Part shown: positions 24,307-26,068 of the stretch, in pieces
Position numbering within the stretch: the first letter of the stretch is position 1
How the letters are laid out: the number at the start of each line of letters is the position of its first letter
Program-made: the position numbers and the translations under genes
Origin: an uncultured bacterium
GTDB lineage: Bacteria > Cloacimonadota > Cloacimonadia > Cloacimonadales > TCS61
DNA: 26,068 nucleotides
Assembly: GCA_965603415.1 (NCBI GenBank)
Contig: CBFDCX010000001.1
Location: 1-26,068, forward strand
Reading direction: 5' to 3'
Notes under the pieces: model-generated
Told to the model about the DNA's origin: nothing
Database searches by the model: none
Seen by the model: only the letters and a program-made list of their open reading frames with translations

Positions 24307-25887
24307 ATGTTTTTAACAAATAATCCATTCTGGCATCCGGGATTTTCTTTTATCCCTCTTTTTTTTTCTTATGCAGAGATACACTACCGTTACAGATTTC
24401 TTTATCCAAAGTATTTCAGAAAAGAACCGGAGATAATTGCCGACCTGCCTATTCGCTGCATTAGATCCACATCTTTAAAATTACCTGTTCTGATAATAGT
24501 TAAAGACAGTCACCTATTCCCCATAGAACTCTTATCTGTTCTTATTGATATCTCTGCTAATGGCAGTCATTTTTCTCAGGAATTCGATATTAATGAAAAG
24601 CTCAAGCAACAATATTATTCTAAAATATTGGAAGTTGATATCTCACAGATCAAAGCTGATGAACAATTGAAGATCAATGTAACAATTCAATACCGTATCA
24701 ATGGAAAAGAAAAAACAGTTATAAATGATAACTATCCCGGTTTAAAGAAGACCCCGTTCGAATGTTACTTTACAGAAAGCAAATTACCATTTTCAGAAGG
24801 CTGGTATGCTGGAGAGCCGCACTATCACAGCATATATACATCCGACCAGGTGGAATTCGGTGCCGATATTCCTACCACTGTGAAAATGGCAAAAGCAATT
24901 GGACTATCCTGGCTTTTTATTACCGATCATTCTTATGATCTGGATGATTCCGAAGATTCTTACACGGTTAATGATCCTGACATTCCCAAATGGAAAAAAA
25001 TGCTTGATGATGCGCAGCATAATGATGAGAAGAATTTCAGAGTAATTCCCGGTGAAGAGATCTCTATTGGGAATTCCAAAGGCAGAAATGTTCATCTTTT
25101 GGCCATCAATCACCCAGATTTCATCGAAGGTTCCGGTGACAGTGCAGAAAAATGGTTCCAGAATAAGCCGCAAAGACACCTGAAAGAAATTGAAGAATTG
25201 CAAAACGATAGAAATTTGTTCATTGCAGCTCATCCGAATGATGAAATTCCTTTTCTACAAAAACTTACTCTCCGTCGTGGGAATTGGTCTTTAAATGATT
25301 TTCAAAACAGCGGGATCAAGTTCCTGCAATTGATCAACACTTCTCATTTTCCTGACGTTTTAAAAGCTATTAACCATTGGAGATCGTTGCTTTTGCAGGG
25401 TAATCGGTTTTTCATCCTGGCTGGAAATGATGCACATGGAAACTTTAATGTAATGCGTCAGATCAAAAGTCCATTCTGGAAATTATTTGCTTCTCATGAT
25501 CAGGTTTTCGGTAAGTTTTTCACAGCATTTAAATACAAAAATAATGAGCCCATACAGGGAATTAAAAACGGAGTAATAATTTTAAGTAACGGTCCATTTT
25601 TGAGTTTCCAGTTAAAAGCAAAAAGAAAAATTTATTCGATCGGTTCAAATATAAATGAAAAGAGCGCTGTATTGGAATATGAAACACGCACTGCTCACGA
25701 ATTTGGTAAAATTAGAACGTTGAATCTTTATATCGGCGACACAAATTCAAAGAAAGAAATTAAAATTTCAAACCCGCAAAACAGCCTGAAAATTGAATTG
25801 CCTGATAGAAGCTATGTACGAATGAGTATGAGCACTTCCCAAGGTGGATTTGTGTTAACAAACCCAGTGTGGGTTGATTCTAATTAA
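24307..25887 (+). CDS. PHP-domain (CehA/McbA-like) metallohydrolase with uncharacterised flanking domains
   Basis: GEPHYHS..SD, ITDHSYD, IPGEEIS...HLL, AAHP, AGNDAHG metal-binding motifs. No clear signal peptide; start codon uncertain. Confidence 0.72.
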   Translation: MFLTNNPFWHPGFSFIPLFFSYAEIHYRYRFLYPKYFRKEPEIIADLPIRCIRSTSLKLPVLIIVKDSHLFPIELLSVLIDISANGSHFSQEFDINEKLKQQYYSKILEVDISQIKADEQLKINVTIQYRINGKEKTVINDNYPGLKKTPFECYFTESKLPFSEGWYAGEPHYHSIYTSDQVEFGADIPTTVKMAKAIGLSWLFITDHSYDLDDSEDSYTVNDPDIPKWKKMLDDAQHNDEKNFRVIPGEEISIGNSKGRNVHLLAINHPDFIEGSGDSAEKWFQNKPQRHLKEIEELQNDRNLFIAAHPNDEIPFLQKLTLRRGNWSLNDFQNSGIKFLQLINTSHFPDVLKAINHWRSLLLQGNRFFILAGNDAHGNFNVMRQIKSPFWKLFASHDQVFGKFFTAFKYKNNEPIQGIKNGVIILSNGPFLSFQLKAKRKIYSIGSNINEKSAVLEYETRTAHEFGKIRTLNLYIGDTNSKKEIKISNPQNSLKIELPDRSYVRMSMSTSQGGFVLTNPVWVDSN

Positions 25888-26068
25888 AACCTGAACGATC
25901 TTTGTAACATTATCTGGTGCGTATTTATCTCATCAAATGGTAAAATGTTATAACTATAAGAAATCCTTAATCTTAACGGCAGATCATAGCGCAATGTAAA
26001 GGCATGATAAATACCCATATTGATATCGGTAATCGTCTCTTCCGGTTTTTCGAAACGGGTTTCATAAT
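25884..26068 (-). CDS. 3' end of a probable outer-membrane beta-barrel, truncated by the window edge
   Basis: Frame from 26066 reads YETRFEKPEETITDINMGIYHAFTLRYDLPLRLRISYSYNILPFDEINTHQIMLQRSFRF*, with alternating strands and terminal Phe. TAA at 25886-25884. Confidence 0.55.
   Translation of the reverse strand, partial: YETRFEKPEETITDINMGIYHAFTLRYDLPLRLRISYSYNILPFDEINTHQIMLQRSFRF

Overview
AT-rich bacterial chromosomal window, mostly encoded on the minus strand. It is most likely from Cloacimonadota or a related FCB-group diderm; this is inferred from the outer-membrane barrels and the FlgD-Ig/T9SS-like C-terminal sorting domain, not shown. Left half: a tightly coupled housekeeping/envelope run (prfB with its +1 programmed frameshift, uppS, cdsA, rfbB, MltD-like LysM transglycosylase, rimI, tmk, ctpA), preceded by trmB and a dGTPase. 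Middle: tRNA-Thr(CGU), a ThiI/MnmA-like PP-loop enzyme with an NFACT-R-like tail, an unannotated 50-aa ORF, an MBL hydrolase and a HEAT-YbbR-tsaD operon. Two plus-strand islets interrupt this run (a secreted endonuclease I; a HAD plus orphan trpF), each next to a REP-like palindrome ending in GGAACGAGATTT. The best candidate for an undescribed system is at right: a three-gene operon of a tandem ComEA-type HhH protein fused to a predicted outer-membrane beta-barrel, a FadL/PorV-like barrel and a secreted 5'-nucleotidase. It is divergently transcribed from a lone type IV pilin with a non-canonical GK|FSLIE processing site. This may be an extracellular DNA capture/nucleotide-scavenging or competence module. 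No CRISPR array, transposase, integrase or rRNA gene was seen. All family assignments come from motif reading; no database search was run.
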